Below are positions 52,453 to 64,000 of a DNA stretch of 64,000 nt, in pieces. The position numbers were made by a program, and so were the translations under genes. The stretch lies in NCBI GenBank assembly GCA_964270895.1, contig OZ185439.1. One strand, written 5' to 3'. Numbering within the stretch: the stretch's first letter is position 1; each line of letters begins with the position of its first letter. The notes below the pieces were generated by a model. That model was not told the origin of the DNA, did not search any database, and saw only the letters and a list, made by a program, of their open reading frames with translations. The DNA comes from Podarcis filfolensis. Lineage: Eukaryota.

Positions 52453-52555
52453 GAAAACAGCCGAGCGCCGCCAGACTACCCGAACTGTCTTTCTCGGCCG
52501 ATGTATTCAGCAGAAACGAAAGTGAAGACATCACTTCCGCAATGAATTTGAACGA

Positions 52556-52782
52556 AACAAAAAAAAAAAATTTCCTTCCAGTAGCACCTTAAAGACCAAC
52601 TAAGTTAGTTCTTGGTATGAGCTTTCGTGTGCATGCACACTTCTTCAGATACACATTTCGTGCATGCACACGAAAGCTCATACCAAGAACTAACTTAGTT
52701 GGTCTTTAAGGTGCTACTGGAAGGGAAAAAAATTTTTTTGTTTTGACTATGGCAGACCAACACGGCTACCTATCTGTAACTG
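52556..52782. mobile_element. Penelope-like retroelement terminal fragment with inverted duplication
   Basis: ccagtagcaccttaaagac...agctttcg...cttcttcagat resembles reptile Penelope termini; ~70-bp inverted arms; 12-bp TSD GAATTTGAACGA (52544-52555, 52783-52794). Confidence 0.85.
52615..52652 (-). ncRNA. Minimal type I hammerhead ribozyme motif
   Basis: GUAU-CUGAAGA-A-GUGUGCAUGCACAC-GAAA-GC-UC-AUAC: both core boxes, stem II, stem I GUAU/AUAC and palindromic AGCU stem III. Confidence 0.75.
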
Positions 52783-54524
52783 GAATTTGAACGAGGATTG
52801 CTATTTGTTTCTTGCGGACTCGTCTAGCGCGGGGAGGCGGAGAACTGGTCGCTCTGCCCTTAACCCCTCTCTCAGGAGATGAAATGCCCATTCCCTCGCT
52901 CTCCCACACCTGTCGCAATAGGTGTTGCCCATAAAGCGTGTCTCCCTCGATGAAACGTTATGAACTCTCTTGTCACAGACGCACACGTGTCGTTCTAGCA
53001 GAGCTCTGCTCTGCCTCCACCCCTCGTGGTCCGCCAGGGCTTTCCAGGACACGTGAACTGAGCATACACTCCACTGCGTGCGCGTCGTCTGTACAGAGGA
53101 GGACTCGCACGAATTCCTTCGCCAAAGTGCCTGCCTCCTTGCAATACGTCAAAGCGGTGCTGCAGCCTTGAGAATCATGACGCGGATAATTCCTATCTGT
53201 TCTATAAACTGTTTTAGTTTATGCAGTCCCGCTACTGGGTTGTCGATGGATGTTAGCACGCTGTATGGGAGCTCAGTGAAGACGCTTGATCCACGATCGG
53301 AGTATAGAGAGGCTTGGCAGGGCGCAAGACTTCTGCGGAGAGAATGGATTGATTGGTTGATTGATTGTGGATTCAGTCTCTTTCGCGTGTTCAACTTTCA
53401 CATGGGGCTGGCAAGTTAATGGACTTGTTGCTTTTCAGTGGAAGTCCTTTTGGGGTGGGGGCAAAGATGCTGAGCTTTTTTTAGTTTTGCCCAGATATTT
53501 TTTTTCAGCAAAAATGCAAAAAAAATGCTGTTTATTTTTATGGAAGATAGGCCAAAACGGCACTGCCAACATGGGCTGCCATACATCCGTATTTTCCCGG
53601 ACATTTACCAGATATCCACCAGGACACTGCTAGAGACAGCTATATTCCATATATGTCCTGGAAATTCCAGATGGATTGCAGCCCTACAATAGTCCAATGA
53701 CAGCATATTCTTCAGGCAGTGAGAAAGCCAACAAGCACTCTCCCCTTCCCATATTTTCACTTCAACTGCTCTCATACATATATTCAAGATGTCAAGTTGG
53801 TAGGAAGACTGGAAGGTGTCCCAATGCAGATGCTTCTTTTTTGCCTCTGAACCTGTGCCTAAAAAGAATAATTAAGCAGGGGATGTTCTTCCTGCCACTT
53901 ATCTTTACCACTGAGAAAGCATGTGTCAATTTTTTTGCTGCTAAAGAAATAAAAGGGCCAAGAAAAGAAGAGTCAACTAGAGTTGTGCAAAGCCAGCTAT
54001 TTTATTTCCATGAAGTATTCTATATTTCCCATCTTTACATGCACAAATGTATGTGCCTTATTGCAGGTGGCTCACCCAATTCACATTTTCAACAAAAAAT
54101 ACATTTTCTAGTCCTAATGCAAAAGCTAGTGATTAAACTTAGCAAAATCCCCTTTCTCTTGAGCGTCATTCATTTCCTTGTTGCAGGGAGGGGGCTTCTC
54201 CCACTCCCTGCAGCAGTGTAGAAAGCTTGATACATCAAACAGTACAGTTCATATGAAGAAATTAGCCATCTTTTATCTGCTTCAAAGTACAGCTGCACTA
54301 AAGAAAAGTGGAGCCATTGATTTGAGACGATTAATGCAGATGTGTATTTGGAATAAAACAGAAGCTGGCCCAACAATTCATTTTTTTAAAAGTGACCTGG
54401 GCTGCTTTGGTACCACATCCTTTTCCATTTTCCTTTTCAACAAATATTTTATTTGTTTTCAGAACTGTGATAAAAAAATAATGAAACAAGGACAAACACT
54501 TAACATGTGTGGACTGTAATTTCC

Positions 54525-55512
54525 TTTCTGGGCCCGCCTCCCTCCTCGTTCATTCCCCTTGAAAGAGTGCAATCCAAACTCCTCAGAGCCCTTCTACAAG
54601 TTCCTAGATGCGTTTCAAATGCATGGGACAGACTAGAAACAGGGACGATGAAAGTCGAAGCTCATATTAGTCTAACTTCAATATATGTGGCTAACTCTGA
54701 AACTGCTCCCCCGAGGAATAGCCCCATTGATTCTGAGTGACTAGTTTCAGTCTGTCTGGCAGACAGCAGTCTTAAACACTCTTCAGAAACTGGACCTTGC
54801 TCCCCAAACCCTCATAACTGTGGACCTGGGCCAAGCTAGATCCATGGTTAGGCAAAGAATCATGGACATAGAGAGACAACAGGACTGTACAAGGGTCCCC
54901 GATTATAAAATCATAGAAAATGGGAGACACGTAGCCGCTCCAGCAACATATCTCTATTTCCCCACATCCAGAAACACAAGAAGGGCTTTCACTCTTGCTA
55001 GAAGCTCGGCCTGGCCCTCACCGGTTCTGGAAGGCTCCTATAGAAGAGTCCCGTACGCACAGAGACTTTGCGCCTGTCCATTAGGGGAAATAGGAAGCCC
55101 CGAACATATATTTTTTAGATGTCCTTTTTATGTTGAGATTCATAGAGACACCATTGATCCTTTGCTGAAGAGGCTCGCCGATCTTTCAGACAAGTCTAAA
55201 CTTAATTCTCTCCTCTTAGGCAAAGATCACAAGGCGACCTGGCCAGTAGCCAGATTCTGCACCCAGATTTGTAGGCACAGATCATCTTCTAGAATAAAAT
55301 AGCTTACTAGGGAAATGCTGAAGTCGCCCTTTGGGGTGCCCCAGGGTCAATTTTTATGGTAGCCCAAATCTCAGTTGTACAGGTGTATGTATATATCTCA
55401 ATTTTAACTCTTGAGCTATTGCTGCAATCTGCTCTGATTGTATATTTTATCTTTATGAACGCTGTTTTTATTGTGTTATGTGAGATGGTCTTTGACCGTA
55501 ATAAATTATCTA
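54525..55512 (+). mobile_element. Non-LTR retrotransposon 3' fragment (RTEX/Crack-like, clade uncertain)
   Basis: ORF 54820-55302 has RRAFTLAR...EGSY...RLCAC......EHIFFRCPFY; AATAAA at the 3' end; 24-bp TSD TAACATGTGTGGACTGTAATTTCC (54501-54524, 55513-55536). Confidence 0.85.
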
Positions 55513-56996
55513 TAACATGTGTGGACTGTAATTTCCCAAATACCTACAAACAATACATGGTTGAAAACAGTGAGTCAGGCATTTAAGCTGAGTGTATTTC
55601 ACTCAGTGGAGTAGACAATAAACCATCCCACATATAAATGGAAACCTTACTCTGTCAAATTGGTCATGTTTTGTGACATATCTGATGATTCTTTTATGCT
55701 GTGTTACGTGTTTCTGAAAGTGCTATTGCTTGTCAAGCAAACCACTTATCATGAGCGCCCCTGAATCTTTTTCATATGAGCTCCCATGGGCATGAAGGCC
55801 AAATCTTTATGTAGCACTGAAAGGTTTGGGTCAGTTTGGTTTACAATGAAGCTAAGACCAGATGTCACATCCTCTGATATGAAAGCCTTGTCCTTAATCA
55901 CTGGTGGGTTGGTGAGAAGCCTGACTGTTTTGACTTAGGGCTCATCCACACTTCCACTTATCATTTACCCTGCTGCTTACCACTGAATGGGAGCATGAGT
56001 CCCGTGGATGGATGTTTGCTCTGATTCAGTGGTAGAGAGTGGGTTTCCCCAGGGAAAGTGGAAGGGCTCAGTCCCATGCCTAGAAAGCAGAAAACTCTCA
56101 GACCCATGATTTCTAAATGTGGGGCAAGTGAAGAATGGACGAGCCCTTAGTGTTGAGCAACTGGCTTGAAGTGATACCACCTGAAGGCCGTGTTGCTAGT
56201 CTCAACCAACTCCAAGTACTTATTTCAGAAGCTGCCTGGCCAGAGAGATGAGCAGTTGGCTTGGAGATAAGGTGCTTGACCTGCTACCCCTGGATAAATC
56301 ATCTAGTGAATACCTTGAGCCATGATGGCCACAGGAGCTTATGAGTACCAAAAGGCTTTTGTAACACCTGCTCCTGGTTCCTCGTTCCTGCTGTGGTAGA
56401 GATGAGCAGAGTGGGATTGACAGATGGAACAGCTCTAGACTAAGCAGCTTCCTCCCATGGACATGAATATCTGGCTTCAAGGTGGCTTCTGTGGGGAATT
56501 TTGTGATGCTGTTCTCCAACCAAAGAAATTTTACAAAAATGCATATACTAGGGGCAACTGCATTAAAATGGATATAGTATTGCAAATAACATACAAAAAA
56601 TACATTATGGCTTGCAAAAATATGCGCTTCGGTCAAAACTGCTTACAAAGATGTGCTTATTTTGCACTAAAATGCTGTAGAATTCTCATGAGGATTTAAA
56701 AAAATAAAATTCTCAAATTGCTACAGAAATGTGGAGAACTGAAGTTATGAATGGGAAAATGACAAAAAGAGAACCGAAAATGACAAATCCCTCCACTCCT
56801 AATGGGAACATTTAGGCCAAAACTCATTTCACTGAGTTCTTGTGTTACATAGATTGCATTTGAGACTGTGTTGACATGAATTTAAATTAGACTTGTTTTA
56901 TATTTTGATCTAGGCTATGTTTTGTTACTGGACGGATACTTCGTGTTGAGTTGCTCTTACTATTTTGTTTAGTAAATTTGGGCTGCCCTCAAGCAG

Positions 56997-57080
56997 CTAA
57001 TTACAAATAGAAAAAGCTTCCCGGAAGTTCTTTTCAAATTCATTTTGCAGTTTTCTTCCATCTTCTGTGACATACTGGCC
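56997..57080 (-). CDS. SP140-like last coding exon
   Basis: GQYVTEDGRKLQNEFEKNFREAFSICN*. Confidence 0.92.
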   Translation of the reverse strand, partial: GQYVTEDGRKLQNEFEKNFREAFSICN

Positions 57081-60000
57081 CTGCAGGGGAAATATAATAG
57101 AGCATTAGCTTTGATATGTGTGTGACTTGTTGCTTAATTTATTTAGATTTTACCATTGCTCTTCAAAATGTCTACAGCAGGTGGAAACGTTTAAATATTT
57201 CTGTTGTCCTAGCCATTTCAGGTTATCGTGGCAGTTTATGTACAAGTACAATGAGATTATCACAATAAGATAGTGGGATTTCAATGACAGCTGTCTGGCT
57301 TCTGCTTCAAGACCTCCGGAAGAGAACTCCTTCTCTGCAAGTAATATATTGCAATCTTCCCACACATAGGTTTGCAGCTATTCAAGCATTCAAAGACAAG
57401 AAGGGGGCCAGGTGGGTTTTCTTAGGGACACATGAGGATCGCTTAGATGGTTTAGCACTGAGTGACTGTGGTCGTTATGAGAGTTATGTGTTTGAGTACA
57501 TGAAAGGGAGAGAGACAGAGACAGAGAGAAACTGAGTCACACTAAATCATATTTTACTTTTTCCTCACCCTTATTCTTTTGGGGTTTTTAATTTCAATGT
57601 ATAACAGAAACCTAACTTGACCTTCTCACTCGCATGTGTTTATCATTCATAGGCAACAAACTGAAGGGAAGGGAAAGACTGATGCTTACTTGATGAAACA
57701 TCAGAAAATTGCTGAACATCAGACGCATATCAGCAATGAAATCCCCCACTGTTTCGTAGTGGTTTAAATGCAGCTTCTCTTTAATCCTCTTGAGCCACAT
57801 GGGGTTATTTGGATAGTTATCATCACATGTTTGGATCTGTTAAATCAGCACCACCAGAAAGCAATATTAGTATAAGTACTGGAAATATTTCTACAATCTC
57901 AGCAATAGTGCTCCAGGTTTGTGTTATTTTACTCTTGCCCTCATGACTTACTGTGACTGGTTCATCAGCAAAAACAGCACCTTCAGGCTCACACCAGGTC
58001 TTTAGGAGCAAGAACTCACATGTCTATAAAACAAAAGAAACCAATGTTCAAGGGCCTCAAATGAAATCAGGAGCCCATGCCGATAGACATAAATTGATTA
58101 TATTTATTTAGAAACAGGTCCCAGCTATTTGAATGAAACTTTCACCAAATTCACCAAAATTATTATCACTGGTTCTTTTAGAGATTTTACTTAGGAATTA
58201 AGAAATTGTAATTGGTAACTATTGTTGGTTACTTAATTGATTAAATTTGCATGTGTATAAAACAAACAAAATAAACTGAAAAAATCAATTTTATTTTATT
58301 CATCTGAATGAGTTCTAGTAAGGAAAAAGAAGAATTTAAAGAAAAAAAATATGAAGCAACACAGTATTAACCAGTTAGCTGCCATGCAACTAGGATTTCC
58401 AGCACCCTCTTTTCTAACGTATCTAGCTATCTATTTACAACCTTTCATTGTAGATCTCAGAAACAAAAAATTAAAAATACAGCTGCCGAATGTGAGATGG
58501 GAGGAAATAAGGTGTGAGTTGCAATCACTATGTATTCCTAGTGTACACAGTGTACACCTAGCAGTGGCCAGTCATTAGCATTTCCCCCACCTCCATCCTC
58601 CCCACAAAGATAACTGGTCCTTCCTGACTTCTAAGATCCTCAAGACAGTAGTCAGCTATATTTCCTCTTTCCCCCAAATAAAAGGACACTGTCCATTCAA
58701 TAAATTATTCAATCAGTGGCTAATCCTATACAACACCCTTCCCTGTTAATTATAGCTTAAATATTTAATATGGCATTCTTGCTCTGTAGAATGGCCAGCC
58801 AGATGCAATGCCCTGACTCCCAATACAGATGAAACAAACTGCCCATCCAACAAATAGTAGCAGCCACACAGTCTAGCAGACCAAGTACTCAAGCTGTTTG
58901 ATAACCAAGTCCAATGAAGAACTGGATGGAGAAACTGGAAAATGAAGCCTTGTGAAGCTCTTTAAAGCTGCCACAGCACTGCTTTTAAATATGCCAGGGG
59001 TTCCTCCCACATTTGGGTCACAAATTTTGGGTGTCACAAGGAGAGGTAGAGCTGTCTTGGTGGTAAAAATATTGGGAAGCTTATGACAGAGGTGGCTGGC
59101 CTTGCTAAAAGGACACTTTTTATTTAGAATTTTAAAGCAATTGATGTTACAGTCCTAATTTTATTACTTTGCTCATCATTAAATTGAAATAGGAAAAGGT
59201 TTTACGTTACCCACATTTTTTTGCTTGGCACCCATTTTCCACTTTAAAACTTGGTCTTCTTTGTTGTAAAGGCTACCTTTCCATTTGCAAAAGGTGCATT
59301 TCCAAAACCTATAAAAATGCAGTACAAAGCATGATGGTAGTGTTAGATGCAATTTGCAGACAATATTGCCATGGTAGAAATTTATTTATTCATTTCTGAA
59401 AGTTTGCCATAACCATGACTTTCTTAAACTAACATTCCTTAGAAGAATACTTAGCACCAGAACTAACACGATGACAAGGCTAATCATAATAGTCATTTTT
59501 ATTAAACACTATCTTGAACTGGAACAAAAAGAAGTGGTGGTATAACATATCACTTGGCTATATTACTGAAAGCTACTGTTCTATTATAGTTTAGCTTCAC
59601 CAGGACTAATATGCATTAAACAGGAGAGATGAAATATCATTACAAGATTTTATAAACAGTGTAGTTTTGCTTTTATAGACTTGTACCTTATTTAATGTGA
59701 GAAAAATAGTGAAATTGATTTGCAATACAAAGTGCACTATAGTCTATAATAATACAAAGGTTCACAGCTGAGCTAGCCTACATCTTGCTAGCCTACAGTT
59801 TAGCAAGTTATTGCTGGGCTTTACAGAGTGATGTTGTCAACACCTGACTTTCTTGAATATTTCACCTTACTCTAGAACTCAGAGTAGGAAAGCAAATACC
59901 TTTTCACAGCCAATTCTTCTGGAACATGGCAAGAAAGATGAAATGATTTATTGCATGAACTGCAGCATATATCAGACCCGTCTTCCATACACACATCACA

Positions 60001-62766
60001 TATGCCATCTGTTGGCTAAAGTAAAAAAAAGAAGAAGTTTGTTGAAACGGTAGAGTGAGAGGGTTTTTTTATCTGTGGTGTTGCTAGTACACCACCTTGT
60101 GAGCACAATGGGCCCTGAATGGTGGTTTTAAAAGACTTTAACAAAGGATTTTCAGTTGGCAGGCATATCATAAAATATTTTCAACAACCACATATACACC
60201 TGTGTGCAGTAACAACTTAAAACTAACTTGGTTTGTTTTTGCTGCAACAGATAACTTGTAGAAGTTATCTTTGGTTTATGTAGAGATCATTGAAGGTATC
60301 CAATTAATAAGTCAATATCCACTTGGTATCTTCCTGTTTTCTCAAGTCTGGCAAAACAGAAGTGTAGGAAGCTGGCAAACAGGTAATATTTCTTGGACCC
60401 TGAAAGCATCACATCTTGCTGTGCTAGGTGTGTAGACAAAGGTGTCCTTGTAAAATTACTCACCACGGACGGACTACCAGTAGTAGCACTATACAGTCAT
60501 GGCTAACATTTCAGCTTCTAAGTAAAGAACATTTTTGAATGTCTTCATTTTATATTTTCTCCCTTTATGCATTGCACACATGAAGAAGAGCTTGTTTCTT
60601 CAGGCTGCTTTGCCTGTTTTCTTGATCAACCTTCCCCTTCCCACACCCATATTTTTATACTACTACTACTACTACTACTACAGGCTTGTCTGGAAGTCTC
60701 CTATGTGCGCTGAAGGAGAAAGGGGATAGAAAACTGAGCTGGTGAGGGCCAAAACAAGTCCACTGGGAAACAAGGGGAAGCCGTCACCATGTTTAGGAGA
60801 AATTGGGATTTGTAGAAGAAGAAGAAAATATATTTAAGGAACAAACACACAAACTCCCAAAAGCCCAATGAGGACTGAGCATGCAGAGCAGCTGCACCAT
60901 GTTGAGCATCAGGTGGAAAAGAAAAATTGAAAAGAGGGAGGGATAGTGGAATGCCTTGTCTGAGAGCCTTAGAGCAGCGGTAGGCAACGTAGTGCCCTCC
61001 AATCGTTGGGACTATAACTTCCATGACTCAAAACCATTGGCTATGTTGGTTGGGGCTGATGGGAGTTACGAGTCCAACATTTGGAGGCCACAGAAGGGCT
61101 GGAGGACCGACCTCTGGCTCACAAGCCAGGCCTCTCCATTTGGCCTCCCAGTCCATTTTGGGAAGCCACACTCACTTGCCCTACACCTGATGTCATACAG
61201 GTGGGGCTTCAAAGAAACAATTGGGAGATTAAAGTGGGCTTCCAATTTATCCTTTGCTGGAACAAGGCATGCTCCCAGCTGCCCACCATTCTTCTCTTTG
61301 TTTGCCCCCACACACTGCCACCAGCAGCAGTAGTGGGGGTGGGGAGGGATAAAGGGAAGCATGAAGTTATTCTTTCCTCTTTGCTTTCCCTGCTGCTGCC
61401 AGCGTGGCAAATGCATGAAAGAAGCTGCTTATTTCTTAAAACGCAGGCTTCTTTCTCGTGCTTCCCACAGCAGCAGCAGGAGAAGCTTAGGAACCTTGCA
61501 ACAGATTTTGACAGGTGGGTGGGATAATAATGACACCCTGTGATTGACAAGTGGGCAGCCCCACCTACCTGTCTGATTTGGCACTTGAAGATGCTACTGG
61601 AACTGTTCAAGAGGCAAGTCACTGCTCAGTTTAAAGCAGTAGTTTCAGTTTAAAGTTAATGAACCTGTGCTCATGACACGGGCATAGCCCATTAAGGCTC
61701 CCAATCCGGCCTGTCAGCAAATTGCCAATGGAAGAAGACATCTGTCTTTTCTTTCATTGACAGTTCACTGTGTTTCTGTACTGGGTGTTGAGAAAGGGAT
61801 GGATTGGTTGAATTAAGGTAAAGGTAAAGGGACCCGTGACCATTAGGTCCAGTCGTGGCCGACTCTGGGGTTGCGGTGCTCATCTCGCTTTATTGGCCAA
61901 GGGAGCCGGCATACAGCTTCCAGGTCATGTGGCCAGCATGACTAAGCCGCTTCTGGCAAACCAGAGCAGCGCACAGAAATGCCATTTACCTTCCTGCCAG
62001 AGCAGTACCTATTTATCTACTTGCACTTGCATGCTTTCGAACTGCTAGGTTGGCAGGAGCAGGGACCGAGCAACGGGAGCTCACTCCGTCATGGGGATTC
62101 GAACCGCCAACCTTCTGATCGGCAAGTCCTAGGCTCTGTGGTTTAACCCACAGCGCCACCCGTATCCTTTTTTGAATTAGGGTTGAATTAGGGTATGAAA
62201 ATTATATTGAACCAGATATAAAGGAGGAAAAGGTTTCATGGGATAGCAGATATTTTCCTTCAGCATTTCCTCACACAAATATATGATCAGATTCCGAGTA
62301 AGAGACAGAGAACAATATTGTTTAAAGTACAGCATACATTTATATTGATAGTACATTAACCGACATGCATCCTATGAAATCTGAATAAATCAATTAATAA
62401 ATTGATTTTGGTGGTGGCTCTGCATCTGTAGAATGACCTTTCTACTAAGGTGAGTCTTGCCACCTTATTATATTCATATGGATACCAGGTACAAACTCAG
62501 CATTTTTGTCAGGCTATTTATGAATCTTAGTACTGCTTTAATGTTTTTGTTGATTATGTTTTGTACCTCCTTATTCTGAAGTAAATATTAATTTTTTTGG
62601 AGATGATCAAGACTGAAATGTCTTAATGCATAAATAGACAAATGAAATGTGTAGATGCCCATTTAGATTGGTGCATTGTCTACACTCAATCTAGTAAAAG
62701 TGTTCACAATTTGTTTACCTTATTTTTCACTGGGGAAGGTCGTGCTGGCTCAGGTAGCATGCCATC
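56997..62766 (-). CDS. SP140-like nuclear body protein, 3' half (PHD + bromodomain); 5' part probably lies beyond the right edge
   Basis: Exons 62719-62766, 59900-60015, 59215-59308, 57952-58023, 57690-57836 and 56997-57080. PHD CDVCMEDGSDICCSSCNKSFHLSCHVP/WKCTFC; bromodomain CEFLLLK, PMWLKRIKEKL, DMRLMF and EFEKNFREAF match SP140/SP110 C-termini. Linker exons between 62719 and 60015 are unresolved. Confidence 0.9.
57690..57836 (-). CDS. SP140-like bromodomain exon 2
   Basis: NPMWLKRIKEKL...DMRLMFSN. Confidence 0.93.
57952..58023 (-). CDS. SP140-like bromodomain exon 1
   Basis: TCEFLLLKTWCEPEGAVFADEPVT. Confidence 0.92.
59215..59308 (-). CDS. SP140-like PHD C-terminal exon
   Basis: FWKCTFCK...; donor gtgggt. 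Confidence 0.85.
59900..60015 (-). CDS. SP140-like PHD exon
   Basis: 116 nt, phase 0-2, PHD Cys/His pattern. Confidence 0.93.
61816..62171 (-). mobile_element. Sauria SINE, full length
   Basis: tRNA-like head, ACCTTT tail, 8-bp TSD TTGAATTA. Confidence 0.9.
62719..62766 (-). CDS. SP140-like post-SAND 48-nt exon
   Basis: DGMLPEPARPSPVKNK; same size and phase as 43299-43346. Confidence 0.6.
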
Positions 62767-64000
62767 CTGAAATAAATATCACATTTATTAGGTTTGCTCT
62801 GAGGAACCAACAGAATCCCCAAACATAATCTGAATTAGATGGTGGAAATGAGACTTATTCTGACACCTCACGATTTATATTTGTTTAAAATCCAGTAGGA
62901 AAATATTTCATTCTGCTGGAACACTCTGCTACTGACCTTAAATTTCCCATGTTTGAGCAAACGAACATCAAAGATAGGCACCCATGTGAAAAGCTGAATT
63001 ACTCCCATTTTGGTCTGAAGAGATACAGGGGTTTCTTACCCCACCACAGATAATAATAAATTCAGCATTACTAATGTATTCTGCATGAGATGGATTGTTA
63101 CTGAGTTTCATGAATGGGCACAGCTGTTGCAAAGCATCACAGTGCTCATTTGGCACACCTGTTGTCTTGTAGATTATGATTTTTATGCTTGCAGTATTTT
63201 GTGTTTTAGTATGCTGAAAGTCACCTTGAGAAAGATAACCTTGAAAGGTGGCCTATAAGTAATGAAATAGATAACAATCCTAGCTCTAATTGAATTATCG
63301 TGGTCTGTACTTTTTGCATTTAATTTCCCACTGACCTCATTGCCTACAATCCCTCCCACTGAGAATTCTGTTCCTACCCTACCCTGCAACTGAGGATTGA
63401 ACTTCACATATCTAACAATGGGGCCTCCAGTCTAGAAAAGCTGATACTATAATCAGTCTGTGCCATCAGATTTTTTTGTTATTTTTATAATAAATATCAC
63501 ATAGTCTTTATTGTAATCATAAAACTTCCACAGATCATTGTTCCATGGGATACAGATCTTGCCTTTAGCTGGCACAATCCTTATGTCTGCTCAGTTCTAC
63601 ATTGTGTTAGGGCAGGAGTCACCAACCTTTCTGAATCAGTGGGTACATTTCAAATTTTGAGACAGTGCTAGGGGCACAAAATAGTTGCCATTGTGGGTGG
63701 GGTAGAATGGGATAAAACAAAATAAGATAGCTATCCCCAGCAACCTGATGGAATACCATAGGAAGTCAGCTATGTCCCACTGGTTCTGATTGTGAAGATC
63801 ACATAATTTTTATTTTACAGACATATGGATGCTGTTGTTGTCTAATAGCAACAGAGAGCGTTCCTCAGCAACAGGAAATGTATACAAGGTAGTCACACCA
63901 CACTCAAAATATTTCACTGAAATTGCTTTGAAGGTATCTGCACGTTTTGTCCCATAACTGATTTTCTAGAAGAGCTGGAGCCTTACTGTTCAAAAAATGA

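Larger units (their letters stand above)
52050..53420 (-). promoter_or_regulatory. CpG-rich promoter region of the SAND gene with ISRE-like and ETS motifs
   Basis: GAAACGAAAGTGAAG 52513-52527, ACTTCCG 52533-52539, two CACGTG and a GGGCTTTCC in the distal half. Confidence 0.6.

Noticed and set aside
53078-53419. 113-aa + strand ORF in the CpG-rich block
   Set aside because: GTG start, no motif, runs into a (GATT)-like repeat
62930-63990. Candidate upstream exons or SAND domain of the SP140-like gene
   Set aside because: Several AG/GT-bounded open segments exist but none shows SAND or HSR motifs; they probably lie beyond the window

Overview
Vertebrate genomic DNA, most likely a lacertid lizard (inferred from Sauria SINEs, BovB, L2, L1 and Penelope fragments). 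I built the gene models by hand from GT-AG boundaries, exon phase and protein similarity recalled from memory; no database search was run. In order, the window holds: (1) the 5' part of SCLY on the minus strand (7 coding exons, 453-6337), with a 5.97-kb gammaretrovirus-like provirus in its putative 5'-UTR intron, in sense orientation, with apparently identical 483-bp LTRs, a 4-bp TSD and a decayed, deleted interior; (2) a CpG-rich, probably bidirectional promoter (~14.1-15.5 kb); (3) an intact single-exon 292-aa ORF resembling the N-terminus of a DNA transposase, a candidate domesticated gene; (4) a near-complete AIRE gene (24643-37840, +), apparently lacking the mammalian exon-5 equivalent; (5) tail-to-tail with AIRE, an SP100-family SAND gene (52452-39629, -) with no recognisable HSR, PHD or bromodomain, ending instead in an 11x DSPQASPP coding minisatellite and a coiled coil; (6) a Penelope-type insertion carrying a minimal hammerhead ribozyme in that gene's promoter; (7) the 3' PHD-bromodomain half of an SP140-like gene (62766-56997, -). 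The AIRE + SP-family cluster, the remodelled SAND gene and the transposase-derived ORF are the most interesting observations.
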